The notes under the pieces were generated by a model. The model did not search any database. It was not told the DNA's origin and saw nothing but the letters and a program-made list of their open reading frames with translations. Positions 42,646-52,852 of a stretch of 64,000 bases of DNA are shown piece after piece. Origin of the DNA: an uncultured bacterium (GTDB lineage Bacteria > Chloroflexota > UBA5177 > JANWHV01); the NCBI GenBank assembly GCA_963827235.1, contig CAWHAE010000012.1, forward strand, positions 864,001-928,000, written 5' to 3'. How positions within the stretch are numbered: position 1 is the first letter of the stretch; every line of letters begins with the position of its first letter. The position numbers and the translations under genes are program-made.

Positions 42646-44361
42646 ATGAAGCTTACGATACCTGGGTGGGCTTGGCGATCCGCGGTCGCGGCGGCATTGG
42701 TCGCCGGCGTCGCGCTGGCGCCCATGTCCACGCACGCGGCGCGGCAGAGCGCCGCCGCCAGCCCGATCTACTTGACTTCCTATTCGCAGACCCATACGAC
42801 CTTCGTCCGCAACTTCAACCCGTTCCAGCCGGCAGCATACCTGGACTTCACGCAGGGAGCCATCTACGAGCCGCTGATGATCGTGACCACCGCCGGCATC
42901 GGTCACGTCTACCCGTGGCTGGCTACCGGCTATGCGTGGTCAAATGGGAACAAGACGCTGACCTTCACCATTCGCCAGAACGTGAAGTGGTCGGACGGTC
43001 TTCCGCTCACCGCGGCCGACGTGGCGTTCAGCTATGACTACGGCAAGACGCATCCCGCGGCAGATCTCACGGGATTGTGGGGAGGCAAGCAGCTCGTCAG
43101 CGTGCAGCAGGCGGGAACCGACAAGGTGGCCCTCAACTTCGCCACGGTCAACACGCTGGTGCTCCGGCAGGCAGCCTCTCTCATCGTGATCATTCCGCAG
43201 CACATCTGGGCGAATGTCAGCAATCCAGCCGCCTACGATAACCAGGATCCGGTCGGCTCCGGTCCGTTTACCCAGGTAGTCAGCTTCTCGCCCCAGGAAT
43301 TCATCCTGGGCAAGAATCCGTACTACTGGCAGAAGCTCACCTACGATGGGATCAAGGTGCCCGCTGTGCCGAGCAACGACGTTGCGCTGGCCGCCATGAC
43401 CCATCATGAGCTCGACTGGACGGGAGACTTCTTCCCCGGCATCCAGAAGTCGTACGTGGCCAAGGATCCCACGCACTTCCATTACTTCTACGCCGCGAAC
43501 AACACGCCGCTCTCTCTGTACTTCAACGACACCGTGTATCCCTTCAGCTTGGTTGCTTTCCGTCAGGCCGTGAGCCTGGCCATCAATCGCCAGAAGGTCT
43601 CCACGATCGGTGAGAACGGCTATCTTCCCCCCGCGGATGCAATCGGCGTCGCGGGCGCGTGGCCGAGCTGGGCCGACCCGAGCCTGAGCGCTCAGGCCAA
43701 GGCCATGGCAACGTATAGCCCCGACAAGGCCAAGAGCGTGCTGAAGAGCGCCGGCTTCACCTGGGACGGCAGCGGCAATCTGATCGACCCGAAGGGTGCC
43801 AAGGTCTCGTTCGTGCTCGAGTGCCCCGCCGGATGGTCCGACTGGATTCTTTCCTATCAGCTCATGCAGAAAGACCTTCAGGCCATCGGCATGAACGTCA
43901 CCATCAAGCAGGTGGATCAGAACGGATTCTTCTCGGCCCGCTCGGCCGGAACCATCCAGGGTGGCTGGTTCTTCACCCAGCAGCAGGGCCTCACGCCCTA
44001 CGAGATGTTCAACAGCTCAATCTCCGCGGAGTCGTATCAGCCGACGGGAGTGGACGAGATCGCGCACGGATTCTGGAACGAGGAGCGTTTCACCGGAGCC
44101 GCCGCGCAGCAGGCTTCCGCGCTGCTGGCCAAGTTCCGCACCACCGCCGACGTAGCGACCCAGCACTCCCTGGCTGACGAGCTACAGAAGATCTGGCTGG
44201 ACAACCTGCCGGTCGTGAATGTCCTGTACATTGCCAACTGGTATACGTACAGCACCGACCACTTCACCGGGTTCCCGGACGCCAACAACTTCTACGCCAA
44301 CGGCTCGACCTACCTCTACCCTGACAACTTGAAGATCCTGATGAGCATCAAGCCCGTCTGA
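42646..44361 (+). CDS. Family 5 (OppA/DppA-like) substrate-binding protein, oligosaccharide-binding subtype
   Basis: Signal peptide; RNFNPF, IYEPL, PWLATGYAWS, VKWSDG.PLTAADV, PVGSGPF, KNPYYW, GWSDW; Trp/Tyr-rich. Confidence 0.92.
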   Translation: MKLTIPGWAWRSAVAAALVAGVALAPMSTHAARQSAAASPIYLTSYSQTHTTFVRNFNPFQPAAYLDFTQGAIYEPLMIVTTAGIGHVYPWLATGYAWSNGNKTLTFTIRQNVKWSDGLPLTAADVAFSYDYGKTHPAADLTGLWGGKQLVSVQQAGTDKVALNFATVNTLVLRQAASLIVIIPQHIWANVSNPAAYDNQDPVGSGPFTQVVSFSPQEFILGKNPYYWQKLTYDGIKVPAVPSNDVALAAMTHHELDWTGDFFPGIQKSYVAKDPTHFHYFYAANNTPLSLYFNDTVYPFSLVAFRQAVSLAINRQKVSTIGENGYLPPADAIGVAGAWPSWADPSLSAQAKAMATYSPDKAKSVLKSAGFTWDGSGNLIDPKGAKVSFVLECPAGWSDWILSYQLMQKDLQAIGMNVTIKQVDQNGFFSARSAGTIQGGWFFTQQQGLTPYEMFNSSISAESYQPTGVDEIAHGFWNEERFTGAAAQQASALLAKFRTTADVATQHSLADELQKIWLDNLPVVNVLYIANWYTYSTDHFTGFPDANNFYANGSTYLYPDNLKILMSIKPV

Positions 44362-44384
44362 GGAACGCGAGTCCTGGCGAGCGG

Positions 44385-44413
44385 GTGCCGGCCGGAATCC
44401 CTCCGGCCGGCAC
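44385..44413 (+). terminator. Intercistronic hairpin after the SBP gene (stabiliser or partial terminator)
   Basis: 12-bp stem GTGCCGGCCGGA / TCCGGCCGGCAC, 5-nt loop. Confidence 0.7.
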
Positions 44414-44458
44414 TCCTCTTCGGCAGGCTGAGCTACCTACAGAGACAGAGAGCGGCGC

Positions 44459-45442
44459 ATGCAGTATCTTGCTCGGCGGCTCGTCTTCTACCTCGTAGCG
44501 TTTTGGTCCGGTATCACGCTCAACTTCTTCCTGCCCAGAATGCTGCCCGGCAACCCGTTCGACGCCTTCGAGGTCAAGTTTCAGAATCAGCTCGCCACGA
44601 ACCCGCACATGCTGGATTCGTTGCGCGCGGAGTTCGATACGGCGCACGGCTCGCTGCTCTCACAGTACTGGCAGTACCTGGTCAATCTCGCTCACCTGGA
44701 CTTCGGCGTCTCGTACAGCCAGTACCCAACCTCCGTCAACACCATTATCGGCACGGCCCTGCCCTACACGCTGCTCCTGGCCGGCCTATCGACCTTGCTT
44801 GCCTTCCTGATCGGCTCCATGCTGGGAATCGTCACCGCCTGGCGACGGGGAAGTCCGGTCGACACGGTGCTGACCCCCTTTACCATGTTTCTGCAATCCT
44901 TTCCTCCCTTTTTTGTTGCCCTGCTGATCCTCTACTGGTTCGGCGTGGACCTCGGCTGGTTCCCGTTGAGCCGCGCCTACGGCGACACGGTCAGCCCCGG
45001 CTGGAGCTTCTCGTTCATCCTCAATCTGGCCGACCACTGCGTCATGCCGCTCGCGGCGCTCTTGATCTCCAGCGTGGGCGGCTGGTTGTTCGGCATGCGT
45101 AACGTGATGATCAACATTCTCACCGACGACTTCATCGTGATGGCCGAGGCCAAGGGCCTTAAGACCCGCCGCGTGATGATGATGTACGCGGCGCGCAACG
45201 CTCTGCTGCCGCAGATCACGAGCTTTGCCATCACCCTGGGCTACGCCGTCACCAGTCTGATCCTGATCGAATGGGTATTCGGCTATCCGGGACTCGGTTT
45301 CACGCTGGTAAACGCCGTGGTGAGCGAGGACTATTCCATGATGCAGGCGCTCTTCTTCATCATCGTCGTGGGCATGCTCCTGGCCAATCTGATTGCCGAC
45401 CTGCTCTACGCGCGTCTCGATCCGCGCGCCCGAAGCTCGTAG
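44459..45442 (+). CDS. OppB/DppB-type ABC permease
   Basis: NFFLPRMLPGNP, LDFGVS, DFIVMAEAKGL, ARNALLP, EWVFGYPGLG, LDPR. Confidence 0.95.
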   Translation: MQYLARRLVFYLVAFWSGITLNFFLPRMLPGNPFDAFEVKFQNQLATNPHMLDSLRAEFDTAHGSLLSQYWQYLVNLAHLDFGVSYSQYPTSVNTIIGTALPYTLLLAGLSTLLAFLIGSMLGIVTAWRRGSPVDTVLTPFTMFLQSFPPFFVALLILYWFGVDLGWFPLSRAYGDTVSPGWSFSFILNLADHCVMPLAALLISSVGGWLFGMRNVMINILTDDFIVMAEAKGLKTRRVMMMYAARNALLPQITSFAITLGYAVTSLILIEWVFGYPGLGFTLVNAVVSEDYSMMQALFFIIVVGMLLANLIADLLYARLDPRARSS

Positions 45443-45454
45443 GGGCCGGGAGCG

Positions 45455-46465
45455 ATGGAGCTGGACACGTTGCGACGGCCGGGCGGCGAACGCTCGAGCA
45501 ATTCAGGGAACGGCACACCGCCGCCATCCGCGGGCGCGTCACCGGCCCCTGCGAGGCAACGCTTACGCCCGGCGCTACCGGACTGGCTGGGATTGTTCGC
45601 CAGCAACAGGCTGGCAGTGGCCGGCTGCGCCTTGCTTGCCGTCATTGTCCTGGCATGCGTCTTCGCGCCGCTGTTCGCGCCCTACGCGAACACCACGATC
45701 GGCACCGTCGACGCGTCCCTCTCACCTTCATGGTCGCATCCCTTCGGCACCAACCAGCCCGGCGAGGACATCTTCGCCCAGGTATTGTGGGGCGGTCGTT
45801 TCAGCCTGACGGTCGCGGTGCTCGCCGGGCTGCTTACCACCGTGCTCGCCACCGTCGTCGGCATGACCGCGGGCTACATTGGCGGTTGGGTGGACGATCT
45901 CCTCGGCATGATCATGAACGTCTTCCTCGTCGTGCCGCAGCTCGTGCTGCTAATCATCATCACAAGCTACGCGCCGGCCAGCGCCAACAACCTCGAGGGC
46001 GACGCCGTGAAGATGATTCTTGTGATCGGCATCACCGGCTGGGCCTGGGGTGGCCGCGTTCTGCGGGCGCAGACGCTCTCGCTCAAGAATCGCGACTACG
46101 TGCTGGCGTCGAAGGTCGCCGGCGAATCGACGCCGAGGATCATCTTCGCCGAAGTGTTGCCCAACATGATCAGCCTGATGGCCAACACCTTTATCATGTC
46201 CGCCCTCGGGGCGATCATCACGGAGGCCGGCCTGGAGTTTCTGGGATTGGGCGACGTCAGCAACATTACGTGGGGCGTCATGCTTCACCAGGCGCAGACC
46301 GGCGCCTCGCTCGCGGTCGGCGAGTGGTGGGACTTCACGGCGCCCGGGCTGGCAATCGCCCTCACCGCGGCCGCCCTGATGCTGATCAACAACGGCGTCG
46401 ACGTGATCAGCAATCCGAAGCTGCGCACGATGCGGGTGCCGCGGGAATCGGGCGCTCGAAGGTAG
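45455..46465 (+). CDS. OppC/DppC-type ABC permease
   Basis: HPFGTNQPGEDIF, RVLRAQTLSL, EVLPN, EAGLEFLGLG, TWGVML, NPKLR. Confidence 0.95.
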   Translation: MELDTLRRPGGERSSNSGNGTPPPSAGASPAPARQRLRPALPDWLGLFASNRLAVAGCALLAVIVLACVFAPLFAPYANTTIGTVDASLSPSWSHPFGTNQPGEDIFAQVLWGGRFSLTVAVLAGLLTTVLATVVGMTAGYIGGWVDDLLGMIMNVFLVVPQLVLLIIITSYAPASANNLEGDAVKMILVIGITGWAWGGRVLRAQTLSLKNRDYVLASKVAGESTPRIIFAEVLPNMISLMANTFIMSALGAIITEAGLEFLGLGDVSNITWGVMLHQAQTGASLAVGEWWDFTAPGLAIALTAAALMLINNGVDVISNPKLRTMRVPRESGARR

Positions 46466-46613
46466 TCGGCACGAATAATGCTTCCGGAGCTGACCGCTGC
46501 AACGGTACAGTGCGCTCGCCGGCGCCCACCAGGGCCCAGACAGACCGCACGTCTAGGCCACGCGACTCCGCGCCGAAACCGTGTCACTCTCCTGCGCGGT
46601 TGGGCGGAGGCAG

Positions 46614-47249
46614 TCAGGCGCCCGCCGACCTCCGAGCCAGCTGCAGGTGCCGGCGCACGTAGAGCACCACCAAGACGACCACGGCGACGATGATCAACAC
46701 GTCGAAGCGGTGGATCCAGTTGCCCACGTCGGTCCAGTGCTCTCCCAGCTTGCGGCCAATCAGAGCGAGCACCGTACACCAGGTCAGGGAGCCGGCGGCA
46801 GTAAACACCACGAAACGGGTGAAGCTCATGTGGGCGATACCGGCCGGCAGCGAGACATATGCTCGCACGACCGGGAGCAGCCTGCCGACGAAGATCGTGA
46901 TGTCGCCGCGCTTGGCGAAGAAGGCGTCCGCTCGCTCGGCATCGTGACGAGAGATCAGTACGTAGCGACCGTACTTGAGCAGCAGCTCGCGGCCGCCGGT
47001 AGCGCCGATGTAGTAGGCGATGCTCGCCCCGATGATCTCACCACACGTGCCACACAGTATGACCGTGAGCAGGTTGAACGTGTGATCGATCTTGAGGGTC
47101 GCCGCCATGCCCGAGGCAGTGGCAGCTCCCGCCAGGGGGATGACCAGCTCGCTGGGAAGGGGAATCAGGCAGCTCTCGATGATCGTGGCGATCAGAATGC
47201 CGCCGTAGCCTACGTTGTTGAACAGGTAGCTGACGAAATCTTGTAGCAC
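46614..47249 (-). CDS. DedA family membrane protein
   Basis: IESCLIPLPSE, YYIGATGG, FVGRLLPVVRAYVSLPAG; GGAGGA RBS before GTG 47249. Confidence 0.93.
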   Translation of the reverse strand: MLQDFVSYLFNNVGYGGILIATIIESCLIPLPSELVIPLAGAATASGMAATLKIDHTFNLLTVILCGTCGEIIGASIAYYIGATGGRELLLKYGRYVLISRHDAERADAFFAKRGDITIFVGRLLPVVRAYVSLPAGIAHMSFTRFVVFTAAGSLTWCTVLALIGRKLGEHWTDVGNWIHRFDVLIIVAVVVLVVLYVRRHLQLARRSAGA

Positions 47250-47346
47250 GATCTCCTCCAATCGCTAGTATACCGGCTGATCAGCTTCCCACATTCCAGT
47301 CCCCATAGCTCCTCCGGATTCTCAATCCTCACCTATACTTAGAACC

Positions 47347-48099
47347 GTGAATGCTCTCACTCGCTTCGAAAACCTGATGGAGTCGTTGGTCGAGCGCGGC
47401 TTCGCGCGGTTGCTGCGCACGCGCATGCAGCCGGTCGAAGTGGCCAAGCGCCTGTCGCGGGAAATGGAAGCGCATCGCACCGTCGCCATCAATCACGTGC
47501 TCGTGCCCAACCGCTACGTCGCCACGCTCAGCGCCAAGGACTACGAACAGTTCGTATCCATCCAGGCCACGCTGCAGAAGGAGATGGCAAAGTATCTGCT
47601 GGAATATGCCGCGGAGCGCTCGTACACGATCCCGGGCACTCCGACGGTGGAGTTCGAGCGCGACGAGCGCCTGCACCCGGGGAGCTTCCGCGTGAAGTGC
47701 CGCATGGAGGATCCGGCGGACGACGAAGTGGGCACGTCGCCGTTGCACCCGACGCAGCTCATGCCCGAGCCCGAACCGGCCGTGCAGTCCCAGACGTCGA
47801 CTCCACCGGCCGGCCGCGCCAGGCTCGATCTGCAGGGCGCCTCGTGCTATATAGACGTCGACCTGGCCTCGATCGGCAGGGGGCTGGACAACGACGTCGT
47901 CGTGGAGGATCCCAGGGTATCCCGGCACCACGCGCGGCTGCAGCGGGGCGTCCGTGGCTGGGAGCTCACCGACCTAGGCAGCACGAACGGCAGCTTCGTC
48001 AACGGAAAGCGCGTCAGCCGATCGCCTGTTGGGAATGGCGATGCCGTTTCGCTCGGTGGGCTGGAGATGAAGTTCTTCGTGGAGACGACCAGGCGGTGA
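47347..48099 (+). CDS. fhaA: FhaA-like protein (DUF3662 + FHA domain)
   Basis: QPVEVAKRLSREM...VPNRY; IGRGLDND...VSRHHA...DLGSTNGSFVNG. Confidence 0.9.
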   Translation: MNALTRFENLMESLVERGFARLLRTRMQPVEVAKRLSREMEAHRTVAINHVLVPNRYVATLSAKDYEQFVSIQATLQKEMAKYLLEYAAERSYTIPGTPTVEFERDERLHPGSFRVKCRMEDPADDEVGTSPLHPTQLMPEPEPAVQSQTSTPPAGRARLDLQGASCYIDVDLASIGRGLDNDVVVEDPRVSRHHARLQRGVRGWELTDLGSTNGSFVNGKRVSRSPVGNGDAVSLGGLEMKFFVETTRR

Positions 48100-48548
48100 G
48101 CTTCGAAGTCGTCGTGCTCGCGGCACGCCTGGCCCTCGTCGGCGTGCTCTACGTCTTCCTTTTCATCGTGGTGCGAATGCTCTACCGCGACCTGCGGTCG
48201 GTCGGCCGGCCCTCAATCGCCGGGCAACCCGTGCGCACCACCGGTACACCGCATCTCACCGTGCTCGCGGCCGGCAAGACGCGGTACGCGGCAGGGAAAA
48301 CGCTTCGCGTGCGAAGCCCGCTGTTGCTCGGCCGCGACCCCGCCTGCGACGTTCCGGTCGAGGATGACTGGGTCTCCGGCCAGCATCTGCGCATCTTGCA
48401 GACGTCCACCGGCTGGCAGGCTCAGGATCTGAACAGCACGAACGGTACGCGGATCAACAACGTGCGCATTCGCGGCACAGTCGTGCTGAAACACGGCGAC
48501 GTGCTCGACATGGGGCGCTTTCGTGTGCGCTTTACTTTTGAAGACTGA
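48096..48548 (+). CDS. fhaB: FhaB-like membrane-anchored FHA protein
   Basis: N-terminal TM ending RDL, LGRD..CD, VSGQH, DLNSTNGTRIN; GTGA overlap with fhaA. Confidence 0.88.
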   Translation: MSFEVVVLAARLALVGVLYVFLFIVVRMLYRDLRSVGRPSIAGQPVRTTGTPHLTVLAAGKTRYAAGKTLRVRSPLLLGRDPACDVPVEDDWVSGQHLRILQTSTGWQAQDLNSTNGTRINNVRIRGTVVLKHGDVLDMGRFRVRFTFED

Positions 48549-48701
48549 ACAGGCGGCACCACGTGCCTCGCAGGCAGGTGCGCTACTCGGGTCGGCGGGC
48601 AGGGCACGTGCATGGAGCACCATGCGCTGTCGCGGCCGCCGAATCACGCCTGGGATGTGGCGCGGTCGTGCCGCGGCCGGCCAGGCGACCGGACGGCAGC
48701 A

Positions 48702-49991
48702 GTGACGCGGCCGCCCGTGTCGCATGCGCGCCGGACGGAGTACGGACTTCTGCTGGTCGTAGGTGCCTTCCTGGCCATCGGCTGCTGGCTGCTGGTGGTC
48801 AACCAGCCGTCGCTGCCGGCGTCAAAGACCGTGCAGCAACTCGCCGCCCTGCTCGGCTTGTTCGCCATCGCCAGTCTCTTTCTGAGCTGGCGGCTACCGG
48901 GCGCCGACCAGGTCGTATTGCCCGTTGTAGCGCTGCTCTCTGCCATCGGCATGCTGTCCATTCGACGCCTGGGCGCCGACGCGCAGTACGCGGGTTACGC
49001 GGAGCGGCAGGTGCTATGGGTCGCCGTCGGCATGGTCGTGTTCGCCGCCACGATCGTGCTCGTGCCGCGCCTCGACGACCTACGGCGCTACAAGTACACG
49101 GCGGCGGCGCTGGGCTTCCTCCTCATCCTGGGCACGATCCGCTTTGGTGTCGACATAACCGGCGGGCCCTATCGGCGATGGTTCGGCTTCCACGGCGTCT
49201 ATTTCCAGCCGGTGGAGATCCTGAAGATCCTGGTCGTCGTGTTCTATGCCGCCTATCTGGACGAGAAGCGCGAGGTGCTTACCCAGGCGGACTTTCGCTT
49301 CGGGCGCCTGCGGCTGCCTCCCCTGCAGTACCTGGGCCCGCTCTTCCTCACCTGGCTATTGTCCCTGCTCCTGCTGACCTTCCAGAACGACCTGGGCAGC
49401 GCGCTGCTGTTCTTCGGTATCTTCCTGGCCATGCTGTACGTGGCAAGCGAGCGGCGCATCTACACCTGGATAGGGCTGGGCGTCTTCGCCGCCGGCGTCG
49501 TTCTGGCTTTCCGGCTCTTTCCGCATGTGCGCCAGCGCGCCGACATCTGGCTGGATCCGTGGCGTTACGCGCACGACCAGGCCTTCCAGGTCGTGCAAGG
49601 ACTGATCGCGCTCGGCAGCGGGGGCGTGCTGGGCAGCGGCCTGGGTCAGGGCCATCCGGGGTACGTTCCGGTCGCGAACACCGACTTCATTTTCACCAGT
49701 ATCGGCGAGGAGTTCGGACTGATCGGCGGCCTGGCCATCCTCGCGCTCTTCCTCGTGCTCACTTTCCGAGGCCTGCGCATCGCCACCGTCGCCCGCGATC
49801 CGTTCGAGGGACTACTTGCCGTCGGGCTGACCAGCACGCTGGCTATCCAGGCGCTCGTGATCATCGGCGGCAACCTTCGCTTGATGCCCCTGACCGGCGT
49901 CACTCTGCCGTTTATGAGCTACGGGGGCAGCTCGCTGCTGGCAAACTTCATGGTCATAGGCCTGCTGTTGAGGATTAGCACGCATGACTGA
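48702..49991 (+). CDS. rodA: SEDS family peptidoglycan polymerase (RodA/FtsW)
   Basis: FQPVEILK, QNDLGSALL, WLDPW, TDFIF.SIGEEFG, PLTGVTLPFMSYGGSS; start uncertain (48612-48717). Confidence 0.93.
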   Translation: MTRPPVSHARRTEYGLLLVVGAFLAIGCWLLVVNQPSLPASKTVQQLAALLGLFAIASLFLSWRLPGADQVVLPVVALLSAIGMLSIRRLGADAQYAGYAERQVLWVAVGMVVFAATIVLVPRLDDLRRYKYTAAALGFLLILGTIRFGVDITGGPYRRWFGFHGVYFQPVEILKILVVVFYAAYLDEKREVLTQADFRFGRLRLPPLQYLGPLFLTWLLSLLLLTFQNDLGSALLFFGIFLAMLYVASERRIYTWIGLGVFAAGVVLAFRLFPHVRQRADIWLDPWRYAHDQAFQVVQGLIALGSGGVLGSGLGQGHPGYVPVANTDFIFTSIGEEFGLIGGLAILALFLVLTFRGLRIATVARDPFEGLLAVGLTSTLAIQALVIIGGNLRLMPLTGVTLPFMSYGGSSLLANFMVIGLLLRISTHD

Positions 49992-51435
49992 CATCGACGG
50001 TGCCGGGAAGCGACTGCGCAAGCTCGCGCTGTTCTTTGTCGTCTTCTACTTCATCCTCTCGGGCTTGCTGGTTTACTGGCAGGTAGTACGCGCTCCGAAC
50101 CTCGTGGATCGACCCGACGACCCGCGACTGTACGCCGCTCGCCTGGCAGTACACCGGGGGACGATCGTCGACCGCCGGGGCACCGTGGTCGAGCAAACCA
50201 CGTTCCAGGATGGCAATCCCGTGCGATCGCTCTACGACTCCTCGCTCAGCCCGGTGATCGGCTACCACAGCCAGCAGTACGATAACTCCGGCCTGGAATC
50301 CACCTATAACGACTATCTGAACGGCGACGCGGCCAGCCAACCTCTGGACAACACCGTCCGGCGCATTCTTCACCAACCCGTGCTTGGCGACACACTGCAG
50401 CTGACCATCGACGATCGCATCCAGAAAATAGCCGATGCCGCCCTTGGCGACGGTGCCGGCGTGGCTCTGGTGGCCGATCCACGCAACGGGCAGATCCTGG
50501 CTATGGTCAGCAAGCCGTCTTTCAACGCCTCGCGCATCGACGAGCCGGGATACTGGTCGTCGCTGCAGACGAGTGACGGGCGGCTGTTGAATCGCGCCCT
50601 GGAAGGCCTGTACCCCCCGGGCTCGGTGTTCAAGACGGTCACGCTGGCCACGGCACTCAGCGATCGGGCCTACACGCTACAATCCATTTTCGCGGGTGCC
50701 GACGCCACGGGCCCCCTGTTCTTCGGCGGCTCCGAGCTCACGAGCTCGGCCAGCAACCTTCCGCCCGGCGTGCAGCGAGTGACGCTGACCGACGCCTTCA
50801 AGTACAGCGACAATATCGTCTTTGCCAATGTGGGACTGAAGCTGGGTGGGAAGGCCCTGGTTGACGGGGCGGCCCAGTTCGGCATCGGCCAGGCCGTGCC
50901 GTTCGATCTGCCGGTGAGTACCAGCCACGTGACCACGAGCACCGGCACGCTGAACCAGTACAACGTGGCCGCGAGCGCCTTCGGCCAGGCGGGGGTGGAG
51001 GTGACTCCGCTGCAGGTTCTCATGGTGGACGAGGCCATCGCAAACCACGGCACGATCATGCGCCCCACCATCGTGCAGCGCGTCCGCGCGCCCAGCGGCG
51101 AGATCCTGGTGGACAACACGCAGCAGGTCTGGCAGCAAGCGCTCGATCCGGGCGTCGCGCAGGAGGTAGCGCAAGCCATGATCAACGCGGTCAACGGTGC
51201 CGGCGCCAGCGGCTACGCCGCGCGGTTGCCCGGCGTGGTCGTGGCCGGCAAGACCGGCACCGCGCAGGTGGGCGGCGCGAATTCGCTCCCCCATGCGTGG
51301 TTCATGGCCTTCGCTCCCGCCGATCAGCCGCGGCTGGCGGTCGTCGTGCTCAAGGAGCACGGCGGCGAAGGCAGCGCGGTCGCCGCGCCCATCGCCGGGC
51401 AGATCCTTGCCGAGGCGCTGCCACTCTACCACTGA
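49984..51435 (+). CDS. pbpA: Class B penicillin-binding protein (PbpA-like)
   Basis: YPPGSVFK (SxxK), YSDN (SxN), AGKTGTAQ (KTG); N-terminal TM. Confidence 0.93.
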   Translation: MTDIDGAGKRLRKLALFFVVFYFILSGLLVYWQVVRAPNLVDRPDDPRLYAARLAVHRGTIVDRRGTVVEQTTFQDGNPVRSLYDSSLSPVIGYHSQQYDNSGLESTYNDYLNGDAASQPLDNTVRRILHQPVLGDTLQLTIDDRIQKIADAALGDGAGVALVADPRNGQILAMVSKPSFNASRIDEPGYWSSLQTSDGRLLNRALEGLYPPGSVFKTVTLATALSDRAYTLQSIFAGADATGPLFFGGSELTSSASNLPPGVQRVTLTDAFKYSDNIVFANVGLKLGGKALVDGAAQFGIGQAVPFDLPVSTSHVTTSTGTLNQYNVAASAFGQAGVEVTPLQVLMVDEAIANHGTIMRPTIVQRVRAPSGEILVDNTQQVWQQALDPGVAQEVAQAMINAVNGAGASGYAARLPGVVVAGKTGTAQVGGANSLPHAWFMAFAPADQPRLAVVVLKEHGGEGSAVAAPIAGQILAEALPLYH

Positions 51436-51718
51436 TCGTGGCGCAGCGGACCCTGTGGGCTGCGAAGAGCACTGGCATCCGGATGGACGTGACGGGCGAA
51501 CCCGGCAGGCAGTACTATGGCCATTGGGCCGGCGTCGGCCCGCCAGGCGCGCGGACGCGAGGCTGCTGCCGCGCCGCGGGCAGGAGCGAATCGAGTGCGT
51601 CCACCATGGTGCAGGCGGACGTAGGGCAAATGCCGGCAGGGTGCAGACACCCCCGGCGGGTACGGGCCGTGTCGACCGCACGGACTCTGGTTTAGTCGAC
51701 GGGATCGCGCAAATATCG

Positions 51719-52852
51719 ATGGCCAGCACGGGAACAGTTGAGATTCGTCCGGCAGCGGGTCGTGTATACGGCTTCGCCAACCTGATCTTGCTGCTGCTGC
51801 TCGCGGTTGCAATCGCCGCCCTATGCACCGTGTATCTCCTGCGCTACAGGCAATCCGCGGCGCCGGCGTCCCCCGCTCCCGTCCCTTACCTCGCGCTGGT
51901 AGTGCAGGACTCCAGTGTTTGGACGGCCGGACCCGGAGTGCAGCCGGTAGCCAGGCCGAACCCCGGTGTGCCGGGCGTCTGGCGCCTGGTCCGTGCGGCC
52001 GGCGACGGCAGCGGCCTGATCGTGGTCTCGCGGCAGTCTGGCACGGACAGTCTCTACCTCGTGCGTGCTCTCGATCGCCCGGCCCGGAAGCTGGCCGGGC
52101 CTCCACGAGCGTATGGCGTTGGACCCTGGCGCGTAGCGGACGCGACCTGGATCGGCTCCACAGATATCATCACGCTATGGAGCGCCGGGAGCTCGTCGGA
52201 ACGCGACCTGATCGCAACGTACTCCATTGACGAAGCGAGACCACATGCCGAACAGTGGATTCGCTTGCAGGCGGCGGCCGGTCGGGCGGTGTCCCTGTCG
52301 CCCGATGGACGGCAGATTGCCCGTATCGAGACGCTGCCCGGCGCGAGCGGGTTTGCCGGTCAGGTGCAGGTGCGGCTGCGCCAGGTGTCGGGCAGCCGAT
52401 CGACCATTGCCCTGCGCTACCTGGGCAGCACCGCGCCCTCGGCAGTGCTGTGGTCGTCCGACGGCGGCACGCTCGCCATCGACGTGCCGGGACAGGGACT
52501 CAGCATCCAGAAGTCGAGTGGACGAGCCGTCCATCAGACCTCCAGCGGATCCCTGCCCGCCGCGTTCAGCCCGCGGGGGGCGGCCATCGTCTATGCGGGC
52601 GGCAGCGCCAGATCCATGCGCATCCACGTGCTGAATCTGCACGGCGAGGTAGAGAACGTGCTGGCCCCTCCAGGCCACGGCTCGCTGCAGGCGCTCGTCT
52701 GGACGCCGGACGCCCGCGCCGTGGTCTGCGAGACCGGCGGAGTGATCTACCAGATCGATCCCGCTACGGGCGCGGAGCAGAGACTGCCCGGTACCGTGCC
52801 GGGCGTGCTGGCCGGAGCAGTCCCGGTGGCGTCCTCCTTGCTGCGGAAATAG
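51719..52852 (+). CDS. Membrane-anchored TolB-like beta-propeller protein
   Basis: Single N-terminal TM; LSPDG, WSSDG, FSPRG, WTPDA repeats. Confidence 0.65.
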   Translation: MASTGTVEIRPAAGRVYGFANLILLLLLAVAIAALCTVYLLRYRQSAAPASPAPVPYLALVVQDSSVWTAGPGVQPVARPNPGVPGVWRLVRAAGDGSGLIVVSRQSGTDSLYLVRALDRPARKLAGPPRAYGVGPWRVADATWIGSTDIITLWSAGSSSERDLIATYSIDEARPHAEQWIRLQAAAGRAVSLSPDGRQIARIETLPGASGFAGQVQVRLRQVSGSRSTIALRYLGSTAPSAVLWSSDGGTLAIDVPGQGLSIQKSSGRAVHQTSSGSLPAAFSPRGAAIVYAGGSARSMRIHVLNLHGEVENVLAPPGHGSLQALVWTPDARAVVCETGGVIYQIDPATGAEQRLPGTVPGVLAGAVPVASSLLRK

